A DNA stretch of 63,941 nt, filler included, from Octopus bimaculoides (taxonomy: Eukaryota): the NCBI RefSeq assembly GCF_001194135.2. It is 8 parts of 8 records of this genome, joined end to end, with 100 filler letters (N's around TTAATTAATTAA, not from the genome) between each part and the next. Parts side by side here need not be neighbours in the genome. Positions count along the whole stretch, not along the records: positions 12,413 to 19,067 come from NC_069003.1; positions 19,168 to 35,064 come from NC_068986.1; 6 more parts are not named here. One strand, 5' to 3'. Positions 12,313 through 23,270 of the stretch are shown here, one piece after another; position 1 is the first letter of the stretch, and each line of letters begins with the position of its first letter. A model generated the notes under the pieces. That model was not told the origin of the DNA. It did not search any database and was given only the letters and a program-made list of their open reading frames with translations. The translations under genes were made by a program, and so were the position numbers.

Positions 12313-12659
12313 NNNNNNNNNNNNNNNNNNNNNNNNNNNNNNNNNNNNNNNNNNNNTTAATTAATTAANNNNNNNNNNNNNNNNNNNNNNNNNNNNNNNN
12401 NNNNNNNNNNNNTATATATATATATATATATATATATGTAAATTTGTTTTGGTTGCTCTGTGTTCTTTACTAGACAGAGACGCCTTACTGAAAAAGTACG
12501 ATTTTATATATTTTTCTGTTTCCATATTTATTTTTTGCTAATTTAATTTTGAAACCTAATTTTTGATTATTTATTCTTCCAATATTCATAGACAGCTGCC
12601 TCATAAATTCGTTTCCTCCATCGGTGTTAAGTATTTCATTCAATTACATTAAATATTTG

Positions 12660-12860
12660 ATTCTAATTTCGGCACAAGACCGGCAACTTTGAAGCATTTG
12701 ACTAATACTATATCGTTTTTTTTTAAATTTTTATTTTTTATCGATTTCAAAGAGGTGATATGCAAAATTGACCTCGATGGATTTTGAACTTGGAACGCAG
12801 GAAAATGCTGCAAATATACCTCATGAAATTTTGTCCAACGCTCTCACGATTCTGCCAATC
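12660..12860 (-). mobile_element. SINE family A, diverged
   Basis: ggcacaagacc...ggattttgaacttggaacg...cgattctgcc. Confidence 0.65.
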
Positions 12861-13382
12861 TATAAAACGTAATGTAATTAGATTTTTATGGAGCGGGTTT
12901 GTAGTTAAGGTTATCTCCCTTATGTATAGCACAGAACAACCAATAAAGAATGAGTTAACATTACGTAAAAGATTCTAGCCAGCCGACATTAAATGAAATT
13001 CCGCACATTTTGCATGATAGATATGCGTATGAGTTCGACGAAGATGGCAGCCGCAAAATTCAATAAAGAATGATGCGTGGGTGAGCTACGGTGCCATATT
13101 GGCCTGCACAGACAAATAGCTAGAGCTGAAGTATATGTTTCCATTTCCTACGTCACATACACATATTCGCATAAAATAAAGGCGCACGTAAACTAATACA
13201 CATGCATACACACATATGCACACTCAGACACACAAACACGCACACACATGCACACAATTGTCTATCCAAAGATATGCGAATATCCGCAATAGATCGTCTG
13301 AAACGAAATCATTATTAAAATGTCTAAACAAACAATCTAACGTGAAGTGTCCATTATCAATGATGATGTAGAGAAGAGTCTA

Positions 13383-13540
13383 TCAGTCATCGCAATGCTC
13401 TAACCGGAAATGACTCCATCTTACAAAGGGCTGAATGTGACGGACGTCACAGAGAAGCTCTTCAAACGTTCTCTGTCTTGACATAGTAGCTCCGATAGAG
13501 AAAATATTACGACAATTGTCTCCCAGCGAGGTTGACGTCA
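13383..13540. promoter_or_regulatory. Candidate promoter/enhancer motif cluster
   Basis: Inr-like TCAGT at 13383, ETS-like ACCGGAAATG at 13403, YY1-core CCATCTT at 13416, CRE half-sites at 13438-13450 and a full CRE TGACGTCA at 13533-13540. Confidence 0.35.
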
Positions 13541-15199
13541 CACTGAAGATGATCTCAAACAGACTTGGGCTCTCTATATACATATATANNNNNNNNNNNN
13601 NNNNNNNNNNNNNNNNNNNNNNNNNNNNNNNNNNNNNNNNNNNNNNNNNNNNNNNNNNNNNNNNNNNNNNNNNNNNNNNNNNNNNNNNNNNNNNNNNNNN
13701 NNNNNNNNNNNNNNNNNNNNNNNNNNNNNNNNNNNNNNNNNNNNNNNNNNNNNNNNNNNNNNNNNNNNNNNNNNNNNNNNNNNNNNNNNNNNNNNNNNNN
13801 NNNNNNNNNNNNNNNNNNNNNNNNNNNNNNNNNNNNNNNNNNNNNNNNNNNNNNNNNNNNNNNNNNNNNNNNNNNNNNNNNNNNNNNNNNNNNNNNNNNN
13901 NNNNNNNNNNNNNNNNNNNNNNNNNNNNNNNNNNNNNNNNNNNNNNNNNNNNNNNNNNNNNNNNNNNNNNNNNNNNNNNNNNNNNNNNNNNNNNNNNNNN
14001 NNNNNNNNNNNNNNNNNNNNNNNNNNNNNNNNNNNNNNNNNNNNNNNNNNNNNNNNNNNNNNNNNNNNNNNNNNNNNNNNNNNNNNNNNNNNNNNNNNNN
14101 NNNNNNNNNNNNNNNNNNNNNNNNNNNNNNNNNNNNNNNNNNNNNNNNNNNNNNNNNNNNNNNNNNNNNNNNNNNNNNNNNNNNNNNNNNNNNNNNNNNN
14201 NNNNNNNNNNNNNNNNNNNNNNNNNNNNNNNNNNNNNNNNNNNNNNNNNNNNNNNNNNNNNNNNNNNNNNNNNNNNNNNNNNNNNNNNNNNNNNNNNNNN
14301 NNNNNNNNNNNNNNNNNNNNNNNNNNNNNNNNNNNNNNNNNNNNNNNNNNNNNNNNNNNNNNNNNNNNNNNNNNNNNNNNNNNNNNNNNNNNNNNNNNNN
14401 NNNNNNNNNNNNNNNNNNNNNNNNNNNNNNNNNNNNNNNNNNNNNNNNNNNNNNNNNNNNNNNNNNNNNNNNNNNNNNNNNNNNNNNNNNNNNNNNNNNN
14501 NNNNNNNNNNNNNNNNNNNNNNNNNNNNNNNNNNNNNNNNNNNNNNNNNNNNNTGCTACAGTTTATTGGAATTATAAATAAACATTTTAAGAGAAACAAA
14601 CAGGCTGGCGCGAAAACTAAGAGAGAAATATATCAAACTATGTTGGTTCTTTTGCGATAATCCTGTATCAGCTTTTCTTTGATTTGGTATAGTACATGTG
14701 TACTTGTGTAGCACAGATATGTTTGAAGCAAACCAAAGAGCAGTACTAATAGTAAAAGACAAAGTGGAAAAATTAAAAGAGTTGTTCCCAGATATAATTA
14801 CGAACAGTAGAATATTTGTTCGATACGAGAGTCTGCTTAATGTAATAGGGTTGGACGACGTAACCGAACTTATAACAGATGAAGACGGGAATTTAAAAAA
14901 AAACACTGTATAAACAGAACGGTAAAATGAAACTGCGAGCTTTGTGGGGCTCGTAAGCCATTTCATCCTTTTCATTTTAATAATTCATATTTTCATTCGT
15001 TAATTTCATTCGTTAAATGTACCCCACGTTTTGTACTGTATTGTCTGTCCATGTAATGTCCCCCTCTTTGTAGTGACCGTAGTTCCAAAATAAAGAGAGA
15101 TGTGTTCTTTAAACGATTGTTCACTGGTGGTAAGGAATTAAGTTCTATGGTTAATGGAATCGTGGACGTGTGCGTGTGTGTGTGGGTGCGTTTGAATAT

Positions 15200-15400
15200 C
15201 TGTGCCGTCATCGTCGTCGTCGTTATACATCAAACGTCCGCAGCACATTGATGGCATTGTAACGAATGCCTTCTCTAGTTTTCCCACTGCCTCGCCCCTC
15301 TTGTCTAACCAGCTCTTGATATTGTCCATCCATTGTGTTCTTTGCCTACCACTTGATCTACCACTCTCTATTCTTCCTTCCATGTTTTCCAGACCTGCGG
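15200..15400 (-). mobile_element. RTE LINE 3' fragment
   Basis: MEGRIESGRSSGRQRTQWMDNIKSWL is the RTE ORF C-terminal motif. Confidence 0.75.
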
Positions 15401-15479
15401 GTGTGAAAACTGGAAAACGACCAAAATGGAAGAAAAAAAATATGGACAGCTTCCAGTTCACATGCTTAAGAATACTCGA

Positions 15480-15950
15480 CGTCAAGTGATTGCAAAGAGT
15501 CTGAAATGACACAATTGAGACGACAACGAGCGTCTGTGACGAAATAAGGCACAGATGTTGGGACATCGAGAAAACGATCGTATGGTGGCACTAAAGTGGA
15601 AGACCGAGGGCAAAAGAGCATCAGGGGCTGATCTAAAACCACATAGCGAAGGACCATTGACAAAGAAAGATGAGAAGAGTGGAGAAGCTGGAATGAGAGC
15701 AGAATAGTGACAGAAAACAGAACAAGTCGGAGAGATCGTGTTTCGGTCTTATGTCTCTCATGGCTGTTGTTGGCACTCCGTCGCTAACGACGTCGAGGAT
15801 TCCAGTTGATCCGATCAACGGAACAGCCTGCTCATGAAATTAACGTGCAAGTGGCCGAGCGCTCCACAGACACGTGTACCCTTAACGTAGTTCTCAGATC
15901 GTGTTTCGGTCTTATGTGTCTCATGGCACGGAGAGAATAAACAAACTATT
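15480..15950 (+). mobile_element. RTE-like LINE 3' fragment interrupted by SINE B
   Basis: Degenerate ALKWKTEGKRASG..KTT.RRTI.KE...SWNE.RIV.ENR motif. Confidence 0.6.
15765..15895 (-). mobile_element. 5'-truncated SINE B with a 32-bp target-site duplication
   Basis: Direct repeats at 15733-15764 and 15896-15927 (one mismatch); (CAA)n-like tail. Confidence 0.8.
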
Positions 15951-16329
15951 AGTGGTGATGGTAATTATAAGTGAATTAAGGGCGGTTATGAGTTGTTAGA
16001 AGTGGTTATAGAAAGTTATGGGTAGTTACGGGTAATTATAAATTTTAGGTGCCAACAACGTCGTGAAAATTGACGAACGCTTGCGGGGAAATCGCAATAA
16101 AATATGTAAAATCGATGCCAAACGAAGTTAACAAGTCATTCCATCATTCCGCCATTCTGACATTCTGTCACTCTACCGTTCTATCGTTCCACTATCTCAT
16201 AATTCCATCATTCGATCATTCCATCAATCGTTTTTTTCTTTTCTGTTTACTTGTTTTTTTTTCAGTGACAAATGTCAAAGGTGAAGAAGTCGTTAAATCA
16301 TAAATTATGGAAGCCAGCAATATTGGAAT

Positions 16330-17005
16330 AATGAAGAGGTGTTGGTGGTAGTATTGGTGGTGTTGGGGTTGGTGTTGATGGTGGTGTATTGTTGGTGTGG
16401 GTCGTAGTGCTGGTGCTGGTTATGGTGTGGTGGTTGATAGTGGTGATAATGTTATTGTTGTTGCTGTGCTGGGTAGTGTTAGTCTTGGTGGTGTTGTTGT
16501 TGGTGGTGCGGTTATAGTTTGGTGTTGTTGTTATTGACGTTGGTGGTGGTGGTGGTAGTAGCTGTAGTAGTTGTGGTGGTTGTAGTAGTGCTGATTGTTA
16601 CTGAAGTGATGGCGGTGGCTGTAGTGGTGTTGGTGTTGGTGGTGGTAGTTGTGATGGTATTGTTGTTGGTGGTGGTTTGGTGGTTGTTGTAGTGGTGGTT
16701 GTAGTGTTAGTGTTGGTTTTAGCTGTAGTGGTTGTGGTGGTAGTTGTGATAATGTTGGTGGTACAGGTTATGGTAGTGGTGGGGATTGTGGCGGCGGTGT
16801 CTGAAGTTGTTGGGGATGGAGTTGTTGTCAAGGCAGTGATAGCGGTGGTGGTATTTGTGTTGTTATGGTAGTGGTGGTGGCTGTGACAGTAGAGGTAATA
16901 GTTTAAAAGTGGTATGTGTGGTCGTTGTGGAAGGGGATGGAGGGGATGGCAGTGGCGGTGAAGTAACGCAATCGATGACGGTAGAGAAGGTGGTGGTGGT
17001 GGCAG
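16330..17005. repeat. Degenerate GGT/GTT/GTA trinucleotide low-complexity tract
   Basis: Direct reading. Confidence 0.85.
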
Positions 17006-17274
17006 TGATGAGACAGAATCGGCGGAGTGTCAGACAAAATGTGTTGTGATATTTACACCTGTCTCCGGTCGATCTGAGTTCAAATCCTGCTAAGGTCAAG
17101 TACGAGGATCGATCGATTTGAACAACTTTCCCTCCCTCCCTCTCCCCCACCTCTACACAACATTGTGACCTTTTCTCTAGATTAACGGACCTCCATCGGT
17201 TTCGATGATGACTATTCAGCCACTGACCGATCATCTGAACTACTTATTGAATTAGGAGGTGCATGGCGTAGTGG

Positions 17275-17472
17275 TGAGGGTGCTGGACTCATGATCGTAC
17301 AATTACGGTTTCGATTCCTGGACAGGGCGATGCGTTGTATCCTTGAGCAAAACACTTCATTTCACATTGCTCCAGTTCACTCAGCTGGCAAAAGTGAGTA
17401 ATCCTTCGACGAACCGGCGTCTCATTCAGGGAGGAATATATACGTCACAGAAACCGGGAAACCGCCCCTATG
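17275..17472 (+). mobile_element. tRNA-derived SINE sharing head and centre with family B but carrying a different tail
   Basis: A-box tggcgtagtgg, B-box gtttcgattcc, central ccttgagcaaaacacttcatttcacattgctccagttcactcagctggcaaaa, tail gaaaccgggaaaccgcccc. Confidence 0.75.
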
Positions 17473-17892
17473 GAAAGTTGACTGAAAAAATATATCCATA
17501 GTATCTCACCATTAATGGTTAAAAACTATTTTATTGAAAAACAAAAAAACAAAAAACAAAAAACAAAAACAAAAAAATGATGAGCTGGTGACGGGGAATT
17601 TTCCCTGCGAAGAATTGATGACGGGGAACTTACCGGACATGGCCTTAATATAATCCTTAGGCTAAATTAACCTATTGTGGAATAATATTGGGCCTTTAAA
17701 TTTCGGGTTCGCGCCATCCAGTGGCCTCAGCACAATCTTTGTTTCCCTAGTTTCACTCTATCATTGTTAGGACGACCCTCGTCTTTTCTGGGCGGAAGGC
17801 TTCCAGAGATTAAATGAAGAGTTATTGAAAATATCACTGGGGCCCTTGCTACAAAATCTTGACCTGGTGCTGATAGCGGGGATAATAAGGAC

Positions 17893-18215
17893 CACTCCGT
17901 CGGTTACGACGACGAGGGTCGCAGCTGATCCGATCAACGGAACAGCTTGCTCGTGAAATTAACGTGCAAGTGACTGAGTAATCCACAGACACGTGTTCCC
18001 CTAACGTAGTTCTCAGGGAGATTCAGCGTGACACAGAGTGTGACAAGGTTGGCCCCTTTGAAATACAGGTACTACTCATTTTTGCCAGCTGAGTGGACTG
18101 GAGCAACGTGAAATAAAGTGTCTTGCTGAAGGACACAACACGTCGCCGGGAATTGAACTCACGACCTTACGATCGTGAGACGAATGCCCCTAACCACTAA
18201 GCCACGCGCCTTCAC
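17893..18215 (-). mobile_element. SINE family B, full length
   Basis: Head gtgaaggcgcgtggcttagtggttagg...gagttcaattcc; flanked by gataataa on both sides (17881-17888 and 18216-18223). Confidence 0.85.
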
Positions 18216-18835
18216 GATAATAATAATGAAGTAAAACGGGAATAATAATGTGAAGTAAATCGAAAGGGAGTAGAAGGTAAGCTTTAATGGTTGCTTGTGA
18301 GAGTACGCTGAGGTGAGTGAGGGTATATTGGGGCTGTAAGTTGTTTAAGGGCTGAAGATGGGGAGTAACTTGCGTAAGAAGCGAAGTAGCATCTAGCTTA
18401 TTGTTGTTGGTGATTAGGGGATTCGGTCGGTGGTGGGGGGAGTAAATGGGGTAAGCAGGGGAGACGTTTATTCACGAAGAGTCATCGAAGAACTAATGCG
18501 TAATCGTCCCTTCGACCTGCTAGAACTAACAGTCAAATCTCTTTCAGAACACACCATATCGCCTCAAAACCAAAGTGACTTCTAAAGTGGGGTACCATGG
18601 TTGGAATGCTTTTGATCGTGGGTCTGTTCAATCCGGTTTGATTCAAATCTGCACAAAAACAGCAACAACTCAACTACTAAGACTAATATCGATTTCAAAT
18701 TTTGGCACAATGCCAGCAATTTCGGGGTGGGGGAAGGGGGAAGGGAATAAGTCGATTGCATCGACCTCAGTGTTCAGCTGGTACTTACTCTAATATCACC
18801 CACATAACTCAACTACTAATACTTTTACTATTACT

Positions 18836-18838
18836 ACA

Positions 18839-18882
<44 letters not shown>

Positions 18883-18883
18883 G

Positions 18884-18947
<64 letters not shown>

Positions 18948-18963
18948 CACCACCACCACCACC
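18836..18963. repeat. (CAA)n-(CTA)n-(CCA)n compound microsatellite
   Basis: Direct reading. Confidence 0.95.
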
Positions 18964-19204
18964 AAAAGCACCTCATCCACCACACATTCACCTCCTCCCA
19001 GCTGTTACTACTGCTGCTGGTGTACCCCAAGTTACCTGGGGTACACCAGCAGTTATTGCGATAATAANNNNNNNNNNNNNNNNNNNNNNNNNNNNNNNNN
19101 NNNNNNNNNNNTTAATTAATTAANNNNNNNNNNNNNNNNNNNNNNNNNNNNNNNNNNNNNNNNNNNNTTGTAGCAATCTCCCGCACTTATACTCTTCAAT
19201 ACTA

Positions 19205-19407
19205 TAGGGCCTAGGCCTGAAATTTTGGGGGAGGGAGGCCAGTCGATTAGATCGACCAAAGTACGCAACTGGTAACTTAATTTATTGACCCCGAAAGGAA
19301 GAATGGCAAATTCAACTTCGGCGAAATTTGAACTCAGAACGTAAAGACAGACGAAATACCTCTAAGCATTTCGCCCGACGTGCTAACGATTCCGCCATCT
19401 CGCCACA
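19205..19407 (-). mobile_element. SINE family A
   Basis: Family match. Confidence 0.85.
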
Positions 19408-19851
19408 CTTATATTTTAAGATCGAAACCTTTGTGATACAAGATTATATGCTAATCTCGATGCCAAGGGAGATTACATATCAAATTCATATTCAGGTTAA
19501 TATTATCTACTTCAAGTTTCAGGGAAATATAGTTATGCATAACATTTTTGCAGTATGTTGCGCGTTTCATTTATATAAGTCTTCACTGAGTTATGTTTGT
19601 CTTTCAGTTCTGAGTTGACATGGGAAGTCATCAAGAAACGAGTCTTTCTCGAGGACTTCACTACCGCCCCACAGGATGTTATTCACTTGATTTTTGATCG
19701 CTTGGTAGACATGTTTATTTTTCTTCTCTTGTTTATCAGGCGCTGTTCGTGAGTTGTGCGGCATTCAAAGGGTGTCAGCTATGATTTTATGCATCTTTCT
19801 CCCTCTTAACTTCAGAATTAAAAACATTCAGCATTACTGTTTCTGTGAAAG

Positions 19852-20045
19852 GGAGGGAGCTGGCAGAATCGTCAGCACATCAGACAAAATGCTTAGCGGC
19901 ATTTCTTGCAAATTCACGTTTTGAGTTCAAATGCCGCAGAGGCCGATTTTGCCTTTCATCCCTGCGGGATCGATAAAATAAGTATCGGAGTCGATGTAAT
20001 CGATTTACCCCTTCCCCAAAAATTTCTAGCCTGGCGCCAAAATTT
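19852..20045 (+). mobile_element. SINE family A
   Basis: gggagctggcagaatcgtcagc head, gagttcaaatgcc B-box, cccccaaaaatttctagcc tail. Confidence 0.8.
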
Positions 20046-20109
20046 GGAGCCAATGGTACTGTTTTTGTGGAAGTTTACCGTTGCTGTCAGAATCTTACAG
20101 GTTTTAAGT

Positions 20110-21650
20110 TCTGTGAAGTAGGTCTCCTCTATCGACCAGTCAAGTATTCCAAATGTTGGTATCAACAATGGTGCTGAAAATGCATTGCAGTATATCATTT
20201 TAAAAGAAAAGCTCTTTTAGCCTGTTATAATAATCTCCTGTCACTCAATATTAGTTCACAACATGTATAATATATTTCCATGAATACCTAAATATTTATA
20301 GCACTCTCTTGGCTATGGCTCTATATTTCCTTACTAAGATCGAATTTTCATACTCGACCACAAGGGGTACTTGTGCTACGGCAAGATTGTTCGTTATGTC
20401 AATCTTACCTTCCATAGTTTTTCACATTTAAATTTATGTTTAAGTAACTTTTTATGAACAGTTAACGTCTGAAACCAGTAACCTACTGAGAGTTTGCTTC
20501 CTCCTTATATGACTTTCCTACAACATTGATCGTAGTGTCAGTTACATCAGTTACATAGATTTTACTGTTGATTTGGGTAGAGTATTCTTGCTTTATTGTG
20601 TCTAGATATGTTACATTCTGATGATAATCCTTACATCCGTTCGACATCATAAACTAGGAAATGATTTTAGGTTTTCATAGGAAAATTCTCTTTTAATTAT
20701 GCTATCATCCCTCACTCGCCCGTAAATAGCTTTGGGATTAAAATATAAACCTGCAGCTGTAATTCTTTTTTCAGGCAAAGATTATTTTTTGTTGTTCACT
20801 CTGCCTCTTGAGTTCATGCTTCAGAGTTATAAATTTTCCCTCGAGATTTTAAACAAAATCTCTGAACGTTTTGCTAATTTTCTCAGGAGGTATTGTTGGT
20901 GTGCTGTGAACACATCATTTATCTTACATTTTATAAGAGCATTTGATTGTCATATTCTCTGCCAGTGACGTTCGTTACCCTTTACGTAACATATAGCAAA
21001 TAGGTTCATTGTTGTGTACTATGCAAATAATTCCCTGATGATCCTTCAGGCTAATAGCAGCTGAATACAAACAGGTATTGCTAGTTCAATAAGTGTTTAT
21101 TGATATTCCACTACTACTTATGAAGTCATCAGTAACATCGGCAATAACATTTACCATGAGAAAGGGTGATTGTTTTTCGCCTCTTGTTAAAAAAAGGTCT
21201 GTTATTTAACGATATAATATAGAGAAGTTAGAAAACTTGTTTTCAAACTGCAGCTGTAGAATATCACTTCCCTGTGTGTATTTTGCAGTTGTCACTGCCG
21301 AATAGGTATGCGAAGATATGATTCTGGCAGTGTAGTGTGATGCTGCCGTTGGCGGTCTCACTTCGTTGAAATTCTTGTCGGTCTGTACGACAGATTTGGT
21401 TGGATTTAAATATAAACAGTTTGACGACTTGTATCCCGGGAATCGGTATACTGTTTGCTGTCTGGGACAGCCATTTTGCAGTCATAGGGAGATACCCGTT
21501 GCCGGAACAGTTTATCTGTCAAGTGGCTTATGTTTGGGCGGAATTCCTCCCGGTATATATCTAACCGCTTCACATAGCCACTCGGACTTTTTCATAGTGC
21601 CAGAATATATACTGCTTTAAATGCAAAAACTAAGAGAAATAGGAAGAGTA
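20110..21650 (-). mobile_element. Old R4/Dong-like LINE relic
   Basis: Minus-strand remnants ECYKYLGI and GKFITLKHELKRQ..., similar to RLE-clade ORF regions, with many stops and frameshifts. Confidence 0.55.
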
Positions 21651-23028
21651 CTTACGTGTTGTAAGGGAGCAGAGATGGGGGTAGAACTGTAGATACCAGT
21701 ATTGTTTATGTTTGTTATCAATGTCGGCTGTGATTGTATATCTGAAATCCCATACAGTGGGAAAAGGTTTTATAAAATCCGCTACGAACGACTCCAAATT
21801 GGTGAGTAAAAGATTTTTCTTTTATCTGTAACAAAAGAAAAAAGAACGATTTACTGATTTTGGCTTCCTTGGGTCGAGAAACTTGTAGAGGAAGACTTTC
21901 CAAAACACATTTTAAAATGATCCTCTGTGCCTGTGCCTGCACCGCTATAGAAGAGTGCACTACGTGTGTATGTATATTATTCATCTAAATGCGACATAGG
22001 ACAACGTCTACACAGTCCGTTTACACTTCAGGCAAAAGACATTCGTCAGTTTCCTCAGTTTGTGAATGAAATCCTGTTGACAGAAGCTGTGCAGAGATTC
22101 GTCGTATCTTTAATATTGATGCGACGACCGAAAATACAGTTGGCATTATATCCCTATCTCCCGGGCTGGGTTTTGAACCCGTACTCTGGTCAGTTGGGGA
22201 GAATGGTATTTCCTTCGTCTTGTCGGCAACCACAGCTATTTTTAGCGTAGCTGCCCCTTTCCGGTCAGCGAAAGTTCAAAAACGGCAGGATAGGAATGTA
22301 CCGACCGACCCATCTTGGCAGGGGGTAGAGTAGCACAATGAGCTATGGTATTTGGGATGNNNNNNNNNNNNNNNNNNNNNNNNNNNNNNNNNNNNNNNNN
22401 NNNNNNNNNNNNNNNNNNNNNNNNNNNNNNNNNNNNNNNNNNNNNNNNNNNNNNNNNNNNNNNNNNNNNNNNNNNNNNNNNNNNNNNNNNNNNNNNNNNN
22501 NNNNNNNNNNNNNNNNNNNNNNNNNNNNNNNNNNNNNNNNNNNNNNNNNNNNNNNNNNNNNNNNNNNNNNNNNNNNNNNNNNNNNNNNNNNNNNNNNNNN
22601 NNNNNNNNNNNNNNNNNNNNNNNNNNNNNNNNNNNNNNNNNNNNNNNNNNNNNNNNNNNNNNNNNNNNNNNNNNNNNNNNNNNNNNNNNNNNNNNNNNNN
22701 NNNNNNNNNNNNNNNNNNNNNNNNNNNNNNNNNNNNNNNNNNNNNNNNNNNNNNNNNNNNNNNNNNNNNNNNNNNNNNNNNNNNNNNNNNNNNNNNNNNN
22801 NNNNNNNNNNNNNNNNNNNNNNNNNNNNNNNNNNNNNNNNNNNNNNNNNNNNNNNNNNNNNNNNNNNNNNNNNNNNNNNNNNNNNNNNNNNNNNNNNNNN
22901 NNATGTAAAAATGATTGAAAAGCTTATAATTGTTTGGAAACTTTGTCAACGTTATTGAATTGTTATGCCATGTATTGGAATTGTTATTATGTAATGCTCT
23001 ATTCTAATGTTTTAAATGTATTCTGTGA

Positions 23029-23270
23029 TGTTATGTATGTCGGGACAAAAAGAAAAGGTTACCCAACGCATGGTCTTCGTGTTGTTTCTTCCTCCCCGTC
23101 CTATTTGCCTGTGTTGTTCTTCGTTACGTGCTCCAGCCGGGGCTTTATTATCGGTTAGGATTGTACCGACAGACGAATTTTGCTAGCTCACTGAGCGTAT
23201 GAACGTTCGCGCGTGCGCGAGTCCCCTCTTCAACTTTAAGGAGGTGCTTCGCGTGCGGGCTTTCGTAACA
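23029..23270. mobile_element. Possible LTR-like segment
   Basis: Inverted termini TGTTATG...CGTAACA (6/7 match), CpG-rich, AATAAA on the minus strand; no TSD, PBS or PPT found. Confidence 0.3.

Noticed and set aside
16598-17049. Mucin-like Thr/Pro-rich and Val-rich ORFs (similar ones at 41320-41881 and 60909-61628)
   Set aside because: Trinucleotide repeats stay open in several frames by construction; there are no splice signals or unique domains.
17275-17345. tRNA-like A/B boxes here and in other SINE heads
   Set aside because: They are followed by SINE bodies and lack a full cloverleaf, so they are not tRNA genes.
21250-22250. Cys-rich plus-strand reading suggestive of a retroviral env
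   Set aside because: Many stops and no env motifs; the minus strand fits an R4-like N-terminal region better.
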